From contig CM097885.1 of NCBI GenBank assembly GCA_044892525.1, positions 28,706,001-28,770,000 on the forward strand: a stretch of DNA of 64,000 nt, given 5' to 3'. Shown here in pieces: positions 62,585 to 64,000 of the stretch. The position numbers and the translations under genes are program-made. The notes below the pieces were generated by a model. It was given only the letters and a program-made list of their open reading frames with translations. It did not search any database and was not told where the DNA came from. Origin of the DNA: Schmidtea polychroa. Lineage: Eukaryota. The stretch's first letter is position 1, and every line of letters starts with the position of its first letter.

Positions 62585-64000
62585 TTATTAAACAGGAAAT
62601 GAGTTACCTCCCATATGCATAAGTTTTATTTTTCCCCACCCAAACCCTTTTATCATCTGCGTTGGTAAGTGAAGATTTTTGCCGTATAGAAAAAATTTGA
62701 TTAGTGTTATAACAATCCAGGTACAACTGATGTTTTATGTCACTACCTTTCAATGTTACTCCTTTAGCTTTTATAGTCTCGTCATCACCTAATAAACTAT
62801 AATACTTTGGCCTAAGAAAACCCACTCCTTATATTTAAGACCTTTATTCTCCTCTTTGAACTTTTCAATAACAGAATCTTAGTTCCTACTGTATAATGGA
62901 TGAATAGTATCGTAATTAGATGTGTCTAGTAAATTATCACGGATCATGGCTGGTAAAAGAAAAATTAATTACTTCAAGGAAAAATGAATCCGTATCACCT
63001 GCAACGATATTAATATTACTGTTGAATTCGTTATCATATTTTTTGTAACTCTTCATACTGCAACTGATAAATTCTAAGTTTCGATAAGTCCAGTACAGTT
63101 TGGCAAATGTAGCTGTGTCTATCTAAACAAATAGCTTCCTTATTTAGCAAGACTGATACTAAGTCATTGTCAATTTCATAAGTCCTTTTAAACGTTGGTT
63201 TTAGATGTATATGTAATTAGCCTAGAAGCCAAATTACAAAGCCGTAAATTCAGACGTATTTTCAGATTCTCTACGGTCTTGCCGTAAAGACTATTATTTA
63301 TTAACTTATAATAATTCTTATCCAAGGCATTACTCGATTCCGCCCTAAGTTAGGTATTAGTATCGATGTAATCTTTAAAAATATTATCGTTTGTGAATTT
63401 AATTGCCCTATGTACATGAATTAATTTTACACCAAGAGAAAGAAAAAGCTTGAGAAGTCTCAAATGAATAACATAGTTCTTCCTGGGATGATGTGTAAGC
63501 ATCAACTTCTCAACTTTAGAGCCAGATGGACACGTCTTTTCAGCGGCAACTGGAAAATCATCCAATTTGTCGTGAATCGAATCAGGAATTTCCAAATCAA
63601 CTTCCAAGGTAAATCGAAATGGAAGTACTTCCAAATCTCCAGATTCACAAAAATAAATTATTTCATTTAACTCTTCTCTATTGGTTACCAATTTAAAATC
63701 CTTATATGGAAGTTTTTGGATTAAAGCCCACCCATACAAATTATTTATATCAATGTAAAGAAGTTCTGTATTGTCTGAGGATACTACATGGTGTTTGTTA
63801 ACAAATGTTAATCCACCACGGATCCCCTTTCGAAAAAATTATACATCTCCATATCTTGCAACAGCTCGATAGGAGATTTCAAAGTCCATAAACTGGAACT
63901 CCAGCTTATGCCTGGAATGCCCAAGAAATAAAGAGGTTCAAGTCAATTATGTGCAATAGATTTTGAACGAAATTGTTTCATCAAAGTACAAATTTGTATG
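62585..64000 (-). mobile_element. Polinton/Maverick-type protein-primed DNA polymerase B pseudogene, continues beyond window
   Basis: KGIRGGLT, YIDINNLYGWALIQKLP, TLEVDLEIP..HDKLDDFPVAAEK, KLINNSLYGKTV-like, GDTDSFFL, RPKYYSL..KAKGV, DDKR; stops and frameshifts. Confidence 0.88.

Noticed and set aside
1-64000. tRNA, rRNA genes, CRISPR arrays, prokaryotic operons
   Set aside because: None recognised; the sequence is eukaryotic with spliceosomal introns, and the rRNA-like 12-mers are snoRNA guides

Overview
AT-rich eukaryotic (most likely invertebrate animal) genomic DNA with very short (43-56 nt) GT-AG introns and one assembly gap (40501-40684). Recognisable host genes: the 3' exons of pyruvate kinase (+), a complete six-exon PPIE/cyclophilin E (-) and a complete four-exon COQ10 (-). 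Unassigned coding sequence: two long orphan ORFs with intronless CDSs (332 and 577 aa), an intronless divergent PIM-like kinase, and exons of unidentified gene(s) at 39-50 kb. The best hidden feature, absent from the ORF track, is a non-coding multi-exon snoRNA host gene on the - strand (~9.56-10.39 kb). Its enlarged introns each carry a box C/D snoRNA: two SNORD31/snR67-like guides for the LSU rRNA P-loop Gm and one SNORD79-like guide. The rest is dense in transposons: one apparently intact SPIN/Charlie-type hAT with TIRs and TSD, an intron-containing piggyBac fused to a hAT remnant, several MITEs, Tigger/pogo, mariner, Merlin, BEL/Pao, Gypsy pol fragments and solo LTRs, an RLE-type LINE, Polinton-type pPolB remnants, and two deletion-riddled actin pseudogenes. 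All family assignments come from motif recognition by eye; no database searches were run.
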